DNA from: Trypethelium eluteriae
Taxonomy: Eukaryota
Reading direction: 5' to 3'
Length of the DNA: 64,000 nt
Assembly (NCBI GenBank): GCA_051942245.1
Contig: JAVECL010000002.1
Coordinates: 1-64,000 of the forward strand
In this document: positions 1 to 12,373 of the stretch, one piece after another
Position numbering within the stretch: position 1 is the stretch's first letter
Layout of the letters: each line of letters begins with the position of its first letter
Made by a program: the position numbers and the translations under genes
Notes under the pieces: generated by a model
What the model was told of the DNA's origin: nothing
The model's input: only the letters and a program-made list of their open reading frames with translations
Database searches by the model: none

Positions 1-2469
1 GGATTGCGCCTGGACCGGGGAGTCGAGGCCGAGATTCGAGGTGGCCCGGCAGAGGTAGAAGAAGCTAAGATCGTCGCGATCGCAGCGGTAGTTGACGACG
101 CGCTCGAGCTCTTGGGACTGGAGAAGCTTCAGGATGAGGGGTATGTAGTTGGAGTCGAGGAGGAGCTGGGTTAGATATTCGAACTTGAGGATGTGCGAGA
201 TCTTGAACCATTTCAGAAGCAAGATCAGGATGCCGGAGACCGCTTTCCCTTGTATCTCTCGAGTCCTGACATCGTCTATCTCACTGATGGTGCATCCTGT
301 GACATCAGGATAGATGCCATTTCCATTGCCGTTGAGCTCATGCTCGCCTATGCCATTAGCATTTTGTCCATCCTGAGCACCATTCTGGCCGCCATTTTGG
401 GTGGTTGCCGCATTTAGAAGTGAAGTCACGTTGTGCAGAATAACCTTGAGTAAGACGATGACCACGGATTGCAAATGTGGAAGTGCGTTTTTCTAGAATT
501 GCGTTAGAGAACAGGGTCACAGCTCGAAACTCTGCCAACTCACGTAGTAGTTTTCCACTGCGTCTAAACGCAAGCCCAAATTGAAATTGTGCAGACCCGA
601 GCCTGCAGCCTCTTCTCTGGGCGAGGAGGTTTTCTGTTCACTAGTATCCCGAGCGTTGTCAGATTGAACGGGCGAAAGTTCTGGTGGCTTTCCGACGTGA
701 TCGCCCTCAGTACCTGTCCACCCTCGCTCATATTTCATGAAATTAACTCGTTCCTGCCAAAGCTGCTTCATAGCCCGTGTTGCTCGCATCCGCTTTGCAA
801 AGAGTTCTGCTGCTTCTAGAATGGATGCTGGAATCTCATTGCCCACCCACTTCTTCCCAACGAGAGAGTCTTGAAGGACTGTGCTGCCTTTACCTCCCAG
901 CTGATTTGCAGATTCATCAAGAGGAGGGTATAGGAATGGAAACATTTGGTTGGTTTGGTAATTGTGTTTCTTCCCACCTTTGCCTCCGGGCCCGGCGGGA
1001 GAAGGTGGAGGCGATGGAGCCGGGGTAGCGATATGAACGGGTTGATGAAGAATAGAAGCTCCGTGAGCGCTGGTTGCCCCTGCACCGAGAATACCATTTG
1101 GTGCTATAGAGCCCTGGTCGTCCTTGACAGGGGGTAGGATGGAATTGCTATCGGGTTCAAGAGGGAACAAGGGCGGCGGGGGATTATAGGCAGGATACTT
1201 GGAGCTGATTTCTCTTCGGAAAAGATGGTAATCTAGAGGCGATGCCGTGATGAGCGGTCGACCATCATCATCAGCCGTTTCCTCGTCACTAGTTCTCAAC
1301 TCCTTCTTAACCATCTCAACATCAGAAATGCCGCCAAATGAGACAAGAACAGTCTTCCAAGTCAGAAGCAAGATCTTTGTGGCTCTCGGTAAGGGCATGA
1401 TCGCTGGCTCATCCCAACGAAGACGCGATAGAAGCTCAGTCCAAAATTCGAGTAGACTGGGTTCAAGCGATATTAATTCCATCTTTATCTGATGGTTTCC
1501 TTCATCTTTTTCCTCACATCTCGCAACCTCGAGAATGACGTAGAAGATGGTGAGGGCGCACCAGAGTTCTCCATATTGAGGCACACGAGAGGTACCATCT
1601 TCCCGATCTGCTTCGTCGTAAGAGTAGGCTTGCAGACATAGGGTTCTGAGTACAATGTATAGTGCTTCTAACCCTTTGTGACGTTGGAATAAGGAGACAT
1701 TCCGTTTGACCCAGTCCATTTGAGACTCTGATCTCCTGAAGCGTTCTGGTAATGTCTCCGGGGTATTTTGGTCGTCCACGTGAGTTTCTTCTGGAGTTCC
1801 GGACTTGGGTAGAGGATAACCAGCAGTTTCGCCCCAAACACCGAGAATGAAGTAGGTCAGAACGTCTAGACATCGCCCCCGAGCTGAGATCTCATCGTCC
1901 AACAAAAGATCTACCTGTTTACTGACAAAGTCATGTCTCTGGTCCAAGCTAGCCGAGGTGAAATCCTTGTCTTCGGAACGGAAGTTCTCCCACTGCTGGG
2001 TAAAGACGGCCTGAATTCTCTGGAGCGCATCCCTTTCCTCCGCGTCATAGGAGAACCATTCATCGATCTCTTCGGGAAAGGTAGAAGCGTCCTGATAGAC
2101 AAATGCATAAGGGGTTGGCTCTACCTTAGGAAGCTCGGTCACGAGCCTCCGGAGCTGTAGTAGTGAGAGAGAGTCGGTAGGGTTTCCAGTCTCATCTTGA
2201 GGTGGAGGAGCCGGTGGTGGAGGCTGCTGCGGAGCTGGCACCGAGCGGTCTCTCCGAAGCGACGGTCGAGTGGGCACGGCAACTCTATCTAGAGGCAATG
2301 GTGGTTTGTCATCATCGAAGCCAAATTGCTCCGCGGTGTCAATGCCAGGCTTGATGGCAGGCTCTGCGCCAGCAGGCCCTTGAGTATCGCTTAGCCCAAT
2401 ATCCACCTCGTCAACGGCTGCCTCGAGGCCCAAGCCAGGCTCCACTTCCTCAGTCGGCGCGTCCTGCAT
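1..2469 (-). CDS. FAR11: Far11/STRIP-family STRIPAK subunit (N1221 + DUF3402 domains); 3' end runs off the window
   Basis: ORF 517..2508 has N1221-type motifs (YAFVYQD...EEIDEWFSY; ITASPLDYHLFRREISSKYPAY; IPASILEAAELF). Intron 543..493 (GTGAGT...CTAAC...TAG) rejoins to KNALPHLQSVVIVLLK...REIQGKAVSGILILLLKWFKISHILKFEYLTQLLLDSNY. First in-frame ATG is at 2469. Confidence 0.92.
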
Positions 2470-4173
2470 ACCGGCGGTTTCTATCTTGGCCTGCCACTTC
2501 ACAGCCACGTCTCATGAGGTTGTGAGCAACCATGTTCAGAACAAAGTTCGGTTGTGCCCGGAACGCGTCTTATCGCAGTGGCTCATAGCGTTTCCGATGT
2601 CACAGAGGAAGCGCGTTCGGGGTAGAAATCGCGACTCACGTGCCAGTCATGCAGGATGCAGCTCTGTGATACCGCAGAGTACCGTGGAGTATCTACCGAA
2701 GTTTTGCCATGTAGAGTATAGCAAAGCGCGACGCCCTTGCAGTGCCTGTCTCAGCAATCCGTGCCTCGTCTTTCCGACAACTGTTTCATCCTTTCCCCGA
2801 TGCTGGTGGTTGATTTATGGTACAATTGGCTGCTACATATGTGACAGGGGGATGGTCTTCGTTCAAGTGTTTCGACTATGGCTTTGTTGCCTTCACAGCA
2901 GCCCTTCAGGCTCAGGTCGCACTAATCACCTCTAGATGGCTTACTGCGCTCACACTGAAACCTTACTCAGCTTGCGATGTTTCCACTACATCCTAGCAGC
3001 AGATCCTAGAGCAGTTGCGTATTGTTGCCGTGGCCTTGCTATACAATACTTGGCCAAGTGCTGAGATCCTTCCTTGGAAGCATGCACGCCTATGAAGAAG
3101 ATCGGTACTTTCGCATGCGGGCCTTCAGAGCTTTGCGTATACTCAATAAACTTCAGTCTTGGCTGTAAGAGGTGCAGATACCAGAATTTGGGTTTGGTTG
3201 CAGACGAGAAAGTCGTTCGCCAAGATGAGGCGGGAGACCCATCTCGGCCCCACGCCCGGACTCCACCCATCCACCCTCCATAAGGTACTTGCAAACACCT
3301 CGAGGATGAGCGAAAAGTCCCTGAGTGCCTGCGCGCCTGTATCGGGGCATTGCCGCCATTACGCCTGATGGCATGATCGAACATGCTGACGTCCCTGGAC
3401 ATTCTTGAATTGTCACCAAGCCTGACCATGTTCGCAATGGAATCACTTCAATCCAAGCCTACGAAAGGTAAGTCTAGCGAAGTCTAAACGCTAGCAATCC
3501 TCTAGAGTATGTGGTAGGTCTTGCTGCGCAGTCATAATTGAACATCGCATAGCAAAGTTACCTTGAAGCAACGTGTCTACCTTTTGTTGCTGCAATGAAA
3601 CCTCGGAATTCGACAAGATCCACATACTGCGATACAGCTGAGATTCTAATCATGCTTGCTTGGAGGAACACTCACTCAATTGTGATTGTGACCGATAAGA
3701 CAATGCTGGGTTCATTGGCGTTTCGCCAGCATCACACGAAGCACGTTTCAACGCCAAGACCGCGCAAACCCTTGGCGAACAGGCGACACCAGGGATTCCC
3801 TTGATCCTCGCACGGATGCAAAAGACTCGATTATTCCCGAGTACGGCAACACTGCACATTCTTTGGCTATTGATGGTCTAAACAATACAAATTGCCATCT
3901 TCTCGGAAGCCAGCCAACGACAATGCCGGTGGTTTGCAATGGAGCATTCGACGCATTCTTGGAAAGAGCGTTTCAGTGCAGTTTGTCACCTCTTCGTCAT
4001 GGCCCCCTTTGCTCCTCCAGTCTCTTGTTTTGAGAGGGAAACCTCAATTCCAGGATACACCTCAGTGAAACCCATGTCGTCTCGTTCCTTCCATTCTTTA
4101 TATTATACTGATGTCTATCTCCTAGCGAATCTTCAGAGTCATTCATTCGCCTTTTTTGCTTCTTGCTTGAACC

Positions 4174-5217
4174 ATGTTCTTCCCACCAAGCATGTTTTCG
4201 TCACTCTTGCTCTTAACTCTCGTTCTATTACATCCGGCCGCATCGTTTCCATTCAGCAGACAACTATTCAAGCGCGATGTGGCTGGACCAGAAATGAATA
4301 GCGCAAACTTTCCTGACCCTTCAATAGTTAAAGTCAATTCCACCTGGTATGCGTTCGCAACAACTTCTGGAGGTGTGCACATACAGGTCGCCACTTCTTC
4401 GGACTTTAACAATTGGACGTTGAAGAGTGGATACGATGCTCTACCAAATCTTCCTTCTTGGGTAGATCAGTCAAGCCCGAATACCTGGGCACCGGATGTT
4501 AACCAACTTGTGAGTGGAGATCTTCACGATCTCTGACCAATGCTCATTGCAGATTAATAGGATGACGGCTCGTTCGTAATGTATTATACTGCTTCGACGG
4601 CAAATGACAGCGCCATGCACTGCACCGCAGCTGCAACAGCCTCTTCGGTGGCGGGACCATACGAGCCAATGGGCGACGAACCGTGGGAGTGTTCAAAGCC
4701 CATGGGCGGGGCAATCGATCCGTCTGGATTCCGTGACAATGATGGCACCCGCTACGTCGTCTTCAAGATCGATGGCAACTCCATCGGTAATGGCGGCGAC
4801 TGCAATAACGGCGTTGCGCCAATCGTTCCCACTCCTATCATGCTTCAAAAAGTACAATCCGACGGCGTTACAAAGGTCGGCCCTGCGTTCACGATCCTGA
4901 CAAACGAGCCAGTGGACGGACCCCTTGTTGAGGCACCGAGTTTGATTCGCAGTTCCGGCGGGAATTACACTCTTTTTTACAGTTCGAATTGTTTCACTAC
5001 TGCGGCATACGATGTCGCCTATGCTACTGCGACCAATATCATGGGGCCGTATACACGGGCAGGCTCTCTCTTCACCAGTAATACTGGAATGGACTCGCCG
5101 GGAAGCGCAGATATCGACGCGGATGGCACCCATTTAGTCTTACACGCAAACGCCGGCACCGGTCGTGCCCTCTACACGGCTACCATCAACATCAGCGAAA
5201 ATAAGGTCACCGCCTGA
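4174..5217 (+). CDS. Secreted glycoside hydrolase family 43 (arabinanase/arabinofuranosidase-like five-bladed beta-propeller)
   Basis: Signal peptide plus KR propeptide; NFPDPS, WAPDV, GAIDPS and LVEAPSL catalytic-blade motifs; intron 4510..4560 (GTGAGT...TAG) joins the two ORFs in frame. Confidence 0.9.
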
Positions 5218-6473
5218 TCTAGGCAATAGCCGGACTCTTGCACCAAGACCGCAGGAATGCCATTCCAGATCGCCCGATCGAAGAGATACCCACCACAAAT
5301 ATTTTCTGCTTATATAATGTGTACTGTTTCCGTCTACCGTTTCATTAGCGAGGCGTTTGTTTAGAGAAAAAGCACGTTTGCAATTCTCGTTCCTGCCAGG
5401 ATCCAGGTCTCAGACCCATAGCGTTTTGTGGAACTGGAAGGAAATCACTTGGGGGTTCTTGGGAATCGTGCATGATACCAGCGCTCTCCGCGCATTGTTT
5501 TGATTCAGCATGATAATAAGTGGACGGCAATAGAGCGAATTATCTTACGACTAGATGTACTTGTATTAGAATCAATCTGAGCGCGAATTACGCAGGCTTT
5601 CTATTTGTCTCACGCCTTTTTTATTTCGTAGCCGCCTACCTGTATCCACCAAAATTACGATTCAGTACCTCGGTACTCAGTAGACGTCGACGATCTGCTT
5701 CTCAAGGGATCCCGGGAATTGGCGTTGACGAATCCCCCCCCCCTTTCGGAACCTCATCCCCCACGCACATGACCAATCTCCCACGCTCGTTCCGACCCTC
5801 CACAAACAGCCATACCCACGTTTAGCACTCTTAGTGCGGCTTTGTAAGTCAGCGGACCAACGCAGCCGTCTCTCAACTGACTCGCGTCTTGATCTACGCG
5901 ATCCCCGACCAAACATTCTGACATCAACGCCAGAGCCCGAGCAAGCACATTCAAGATGAAATTAGAATATCAGTCAATAGAGAGTCATGTCTTCTACCTT
6001 GCTATACAGACTTCAGTCGCGGAATGGACAACAAATAGGTCCTGGGAGCCGCGTGTCTGTAAGGTACCATATCTTTACATCATCCAGAGATAGGAGTTAC
6101 GCTTCAGGGGGAGGAAAAGTAAGGGATTGAGAGGGAGATTGAAAGTCGCCAAGTGTATGCGTCTCAGTCATAGAAAAATTCTCTCATTCTCTCCTTTGAT
6201 CTTCTTCTCGCTCTTGCTCACGATCTGTCAATAGCTCCCATTAAGCCATGTGAGAAGGACCCAAATGGGATAGCACAAAAATCCTGCACGCCCGTACGAA
6301 GGTGGGCGGAAATAGGGAATTAGCAAAGATTGAGTCCAGCAACGTCCGTAGCTCCATAGTCTGTTGTATATGCAACCCGACAGTTCTCCATCCGCGGCTC
6401 GGCCATCCCTTACACGGCAGCAATCAGATGTAGTGTGATATACAGCCTATAATTGTTGCAGTCCTCTTCCCCA

Positions 6474-7739
6474 CTAATCCTCTTCTTCTCCTCCCTCCTC
6501 ACCCATCTCCTTTCCTTCGCCGTCTTCGCCCTCCTCCCCGTCTCGATATCCTCGCTTTAGTGCTCGCTCTTTCCACTTCTCAACCTCGGCCCACGTCTGC
6601 TGGCATTCCTCCTTCAGCTTGTCGCAACTCGAGCTCAGTTCTGCTATGGCCTGCTCCGTGAGTAGCTTCTCCAGCGTCCATTTCTCAATGTTTTGTGACT
6701 CGTTCTCCTTCAGCTGGGTGATGAATTGGACGGCACGTTGCAGGATGGAACCCTTGTTCTTTTCGCAGCCCGGCACGATCTTGGCGAGCTCGTTGATGCC
6801 TTCGTTGATGGTTTCGCGTCGGCGACGTTCCACTTGCGAGTGTGAGTCTTTTTGTGCGCGCACGGAGGGAGGGTCGAGAGGGGCAGGAGGGGGAGAGGAG
6901 AAAGAATAGGTGGATGGTAGTGCCTCTGGAGGCTGGGAGAAGAAAGGAGACTTGGAATTTTGATTGCTGGAAGACATTGCATGCAAGGCTATTAGGATAA
7001 GCGGAAAGGTGGTGGAAGGGCCTGCAGTTGTAGATGGTGACAACAGGTGGTATGTAAAGCAAGGTGCTGACTGGTTGGCGGTCTGTCTGGCTTTGTTGGA
7101 AAGCTCCGCGCGAACCTAATGTGCAGGAGATGGTGTGCAAATCTGGAAACAACATGAAGCATGTGGAAGAAACATTCACCTACCTTCCTTGTGATTGTCC
7201 CTCCGCACCTTGTGCCACTCCTCACTACCGACTGTGGGCTTCTGTATCCCAGCACCCGTTGGGCTCCCTTCTCCGCCAGAACTGGCTGCCGGGGCTTTCA
7301 GAAAACCTGCGTCAAACTCCGGTAAGCCATGTTGCTGATGTGTGTGATCGCCCAGATTGAAAGATGAGCTCAGCGGTCGGTCATTGTCGCTGCCGGATGT
7401 CTGCGTCTGGAATGAGAGCTCCGTCGGTTGCGGGACGGTCATCTGTACGTGCAAGGCTGCCGAGGCGGTGTCAGCTGCGGAGCCAGCGCCAGTACTGCCA
7501 TTTTGGTGAATGGAGTGGTTGAATGTGCCGGTGCTATCGTTGTGCTGCGACAGTGCATTGACAAAGTCTTGATCGTCGTTGTAAGCTTCGTTCATGCTGT
7601 CGTGGGCTTTCCTCGCAATATCATGTGGTGCAGCACGGGGGGCGTCGTGATCGAGCGAGTCGCGTTTACGTTTGTGAGGCTGTGAAGCAGACGCCTCGAG
7701 CTTGGGTTCAGGATCGGCATATGTGTTGTCTTCAACCAT
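6474..7739 (-). CDS. CBF1: Cbf1-like bHLH-zipper transcription factor, 2 exons (7739..7184, 6832..6474)
   Basis: The spliced product reads EEWHKVRRDNHKE|VERRRRETINEGINELAKIVPGCEKNKGSILQRAVQFITQLKENESQNIEKWTLEKLLTEQAI, typical of fungal Cbf1. Intron 7183..6833 (GTAGGT...GACTCAC...AAG) is 351 nt. Confidence 0.88.
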
Positions 7740-10373
7740 AGTCAATTCAAATGGCGAGCCAGGCAATGTGAATTGCTGCCTGGTACTCGCTTATCGAATC
7801 CTCGACACAGATCGGCTCTGTGAAACGCTTCCGCTCCGGCAACAACCCGACCGTGGCTATTGCAACTCTCTGCGACTTCGACGCGGATGGCCGGGCGATA
7901 TTATAGTCACGGAACCACCGGTCTCCTATGGCGGTGGCGATGGCGTCGGCGCGCTTGACCGTTCCGAAGCAAACAGCGGTGATGTGAAGGGAAGAGCAGG
8001 CGGAGTCGACTTTGTTGTCGTAACCCAGCCAACTGCTCGATAGATGCGCGACCTGGGGGAGCTGGGAGCAAACATTAGCATTCCGTCATGCCAAGATCAT
8101 GATGCGATGAATGCATCGAGACGCGAGGACAGGACGGTCGCGTCTCGGGCGATGAGCAGCATTCTGAGAGAAGGCTACGACTGCACGACAAGCAGGCGTC
8201 GAGGCGAGGCGGAGCCGCTGAGGCCGGAGCGGGGCAGGCCAAGGATGGCGTGGGGAGGAGGCAGAGTGGAAGAAAAGAAACTGGAGGCATTACCCTGAAT
8301 TCTGATCCCGTGATGAGAGCAGTCGAGATTCGTCGAGGTTCGCGTTGCGGTGTCACCTGATATGCCGACTTAGAGAAGCGTGACTGAAGGGGTGGAAACG
8401 TGAGGATCGCGGCGACCAAGAGGGAAAGCACGGATGAGGCAAATAACAACAACAAAACCAGCAACGGCAACCACGAAATGGCACTGCCGAGGCTGGTCGC
8501 GGAACACAGGGATACTGGACTTGTATGTAGCCAAACCCACAATTCTACCATGCACAATCCGCGCATCCACAACGGAGCAGCGATAGCGGATTTATCACTG
8601 GGACCTCAGACTCGAGAGCAGCCCTTGGCCGCTTTGGGCAGTGTTCATGTGACCGAGGGGTGCACGTGCGCCCGATGGTGGGCAGGCACGGCAGGATGGG
8701 AAATCGTCAGAAATCGTGGGAAATCATGGGTAATCATGGGGTGGGTGGCATTCTACTCCACCACCCACTCAGATAGCGTCTATCCGGAATCACCTGTACA
8801 ACTCCCATCTGCCAGGTCTCACTGCTGTCGAACCAATGCCCTCGGCCTGGACCTCTCTTCCTGGTACATTTGGGCTCACTCGCATCCCCTTCCGATGCAA
8901 CTGCGTCCCCTAACGTCGCCACTACTGATGCTTCACTCAGGTCACCCCGGATCAAAGCCTCTACCTACCTAGGTACCTAGGTGTGCTCTTTCCGCCAGCT
9001 CGTGGTATCCATCCATTGCGCGCTGTGCCCGAAGCCGACTTCCACCCTGGACTCGCAGTAAGCTCGCGACTGACGCAATACATGCGTCTTTTCCTCTGCT
9101 TCGTTCCCGAGTCTTTTTATTCCCCGGTCATACACATGGGAGGATCGTCTGACTTGTCACTTGTACGACTCCCAAAGGGCAAGCTGGAAAGCTGACTCAG
9201 ATCGTGGTCTTGTTGTGCCAGAGCTGCTCTGTGTAGCACTTAGGCGGCACGTATTCCGTACACCGAATTCAATTTTCCTTGGCAACAAAACACTAGCACC
9301 ATGCAAAATCTTATTTGTCCCCGTGAATGAGCAATATTCCATCTAGTACTACTTCGTACGGCTCTGATCAAACCCTCGGTGCTTCTGAAAGGTAAGCAAC
9401 GCCTTGCCAGTGGAGCTCCCAAGAACATGGGGATGTAAAAGCTTTGCATGATAGTCACTCGGTCACCTACCCTTCTATGAAACCTTCTTGCTATTCTTTT
9501 TTCTTGTCTCTCGAACTACCTTCTCCATTCTCCTCTTCCCTTTCATACATGCTGACCTGTACCTCGAAAGGAGGGCTCCCAATGCTATCGGCAGTAACCG
9601 CTTCCCGAACCCAAATGACCCCCATAATCAAGTTGAGGAGAGGATTTGAACTGCGAGAAAGTGGTAGGTAGCCAAGATCTTCTACCCTGGGATCCGGCTT
9701 AGCAGAATTCCTACTTCTGCTGGATATTTAATATTTCCCTGAGGCAGGGCTGCCTAGAAATAGACGTGGAGATTTTGCCATTTTGTCGTGGAAAGACAGG
9801 TTGTCCTATCCATTCGGACAATAACAGCGCCATCATCTTGCATGTATTTCCTACCAGGTTCCAGGCATATGCTCGACACAGTCTTGCTGAGTAGGAATGG
9901 CGGTGCAAGTTGGCGGCCTTACGTTCAAACGCGTCCTAAACCTTATTGGGAGAGTGAAGGTGCTATGACGTGCTCTTGGATAGCAGATATCCCCAGACCT
10001 ATGCGTTGCGAAAAGCTCTCTCACCGCATAATGATGTTCGTCCTGGCTGTAATCGCTGTAGCACATTTGCTAGATTTTCACTGTCTTGATCGTCATGTGA
10101 AGGAATCCAGCAGTTTTTCGTGGAACATGCTGAAATGTTAGGGTACTCTGGCAATGGCTTCTGAGTCATGCGATCTGCTCGTCTTGCGCTGCAAATACGT
10201 GGCGATTGAGCTCATTGATGCTCTTCAGGCTTCTAACAAGACTGGGGAAGCGACACTCACCATCGGCCATCGCATTTCCATTAAACAGCGTCAACACGGA
10301 CAACTCTTTGCAAGAAGGTTCTGTTCCCACCGTAGTCACTGTTATGATCTTTAATTGATGCTCCTATAATCAG

Positions 10374-11896
10374 TCACTCAGCCAAATAATCCGTCATCTC
10401 CAGCCCTATACTCCTTGCCAAACTATTCACAACATCCCACCCAACCCCTACCCTCCACTTTGTATTTGAATCCATCATGTCCGCCCCTGCTGGACCAGCC
10501 TTTGAGAGCAGCCGTAAGGATGCTAATGTTGAAATTTGCGTATATATATCTGCATGCTGGGGTACTGCATGCGGGACGACAGCATGGAGAATCGCAAGAA
10601 GTCGATCGAGCGAGAAGGCAGATGGATGGAGTAAATTCCGGGGTATTTTTCGATTCTTGGGAGCTCTTCCCGGAGTTCCGCCACCGCCTCTTCGTCGACG
10701 CTTCTTTTCCATGCTTTTCATAAAGAATATTTGGTCCTGTCGGGTCGGATTGTAGGACGCAAGGTACGCCGCGCAGAGGATATATTTAGAGAAGTATGGG
10801 AGGTCGAGTGTCACTGGAAAATTGAAATCCCATTCTCAGCACTAACTTCTGCACAAACTTGATTGGAGCAATTTTACCCTTTTTCGGTCGCTTAATGATT
10901 TGTTGCGCGTCCTTCTCCTGAGGCACGATGCCGTCCACGAGGACATCCTCTTTTTGGAATAAGCCTCTCATCCTGACCATCAATCTGCTGAAGTCTCTTG
11001 TCCCGTATTCACCTTTCCTGATCGGTGCAACAAATTCTTCCCATAGCATCCTCGCAACTTCTCGAAATCGTACCAGGTCTCGCGCAGCGCCTTTCGCCAA
11101 CGAGTCCCAAGTCGCAACAAGAAAGCGGGGCCACAGCCATTTCCGATCTTCTTCGTGTTCTTCTGCCGTATACTCCTCGTTGAGGTTCAGGAAGATGGGC
11201 GGAGGGTTGAGAGAAAGGATATGAATGGCTTGCGACCGTGCATAAGCGGGGAAGTGGATATGTGGAACACCTGGTCGATGCAAGAGGCGTGGGGAAGGGA
11301 TCGATACGAGAAAGACAGTTGTGAGGTTAGATATCTGTATTCATCTATCAGCACGTAGAATGAGGGATCCAAACCCAGCATGCGTACTATTTCTCCAAAC
11401 CGCGCCAGCGCTGGAAAAAGCGTTATTGGTGCATCACGTTGGCGATCGATACCATCGAGGACCAAGAAGAACTTCCCATGGCCTTCCAGTAAACGCTGGA
11501 GTTGCGCTGCAAGGGCACTGAGATTTTCGCATCGGCTATATGCCGACGCGTCAGTCTCGCTCTCTGGTAAAGCTGCCACTGATGCCACACATGCAGCAAG
11601 CGTTCGTTCTAGCAGGTGTCTGCCGGTGACACATTCTCTTGAGGAAACGATTGCATGAGGAAATTTTGAAAGATGCAGGTATTGCTTGATGAGCGAAGTC
11701 TTGCCCGTAGCCTCAAGACCGTGAAGGACAACGGTAGATGGGCTTGGTAGTGTAGGCTAGATTCACAGTTAGCACGCAGTATGAATATGGTAAGACTTAT
11801 ACGGACAGACAGCAGTGCCGAGAGATGGCGAATTTGCAGCTCTCGACAAGGAAAATCCCGGTTGAGGATTTGCATAAGCTCGGTTGGTAACATCAT
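10374..11896 (-). CDS. ORC5: Origin recognition complex subunit 5, multi-exon
   Basis: FPCRELQI N-terminus, Walker A HGLEATGKT, RCENLSALA, LVLDGID, IHFPAY, and ORC5_C motif LPYFSKYILCAAYLASYNP...FSLDRLLAI, spread over several minus-strand ORFs separated by GT-AG introns. Confidence 0.92.
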
Positions 11897-11958
11897 GCTA
11901 TTCTAATTGTCGAACAGCTATCCGCCAAAGCTACTTGGAGAGGTGGACAAAGCGAGGG

Positions 11959-12006
11959 ACGCGAGCTCCCCGAAAGTGTTTGGCGCGCGATCACATGATT
12001 TCGCGT
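11959..12006. promoter_or_regulatory. Cell-cycle-type motif cluster upstream of ORC5 (MCB/E2F-like CGCG boxes and a Cbf1-type E-box)
   Basis: ACGCGA 11959-11964, TTTGGCGCG 11979-11987, ATCACATG 11990-11997 and TCGCGT 12001-12006, 60-110 bp upstream of the ORC5 ATG. Confidence 0.5.
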
Positions 12007-12373
12007 CACCCCATCGTACCGCTAAGGAGGTAGAATATCAAAGATCCCTCCTAGTTCAGCTTGTGGTCTAGCATATCTCTTTCAAGCCAGCCTTTGTCAG
12101 AGCTCTATTCACTGACCCCAGGAATAGCCTCAAGAAACACTCCATTGCCCTGGGATCATGAGTGCGATGCGATGGGAGTGGATGCGTTGCGACTGAGATC
12201 GGTGTAATCAAGCTTGAGCATACCCTTGACGGGAAAGAATCATTGCATTTCATTCTGCAAGAGTATTTCAATAAAGTAATTTCTGTATAGTTTCAATTAC
12301 ATCAACCACAACTTTTCTCAGTTTTCCGAGGCACGATATCAGCCGGTTCTTCCATCTCAAGCCTCGAACATTG

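Noticed and set aside
2486..4100. Short ORFs between FAR11 and GH43
   Set aside because: No recognisable domains or consistent splice structure.
8044..8972. Overlapping 84-190 aa ORFs upstream of CBF1
   Set aside because: Mostly non-ATG starts, low complexity and no motifs; likely a long 5' UTR or promoter.
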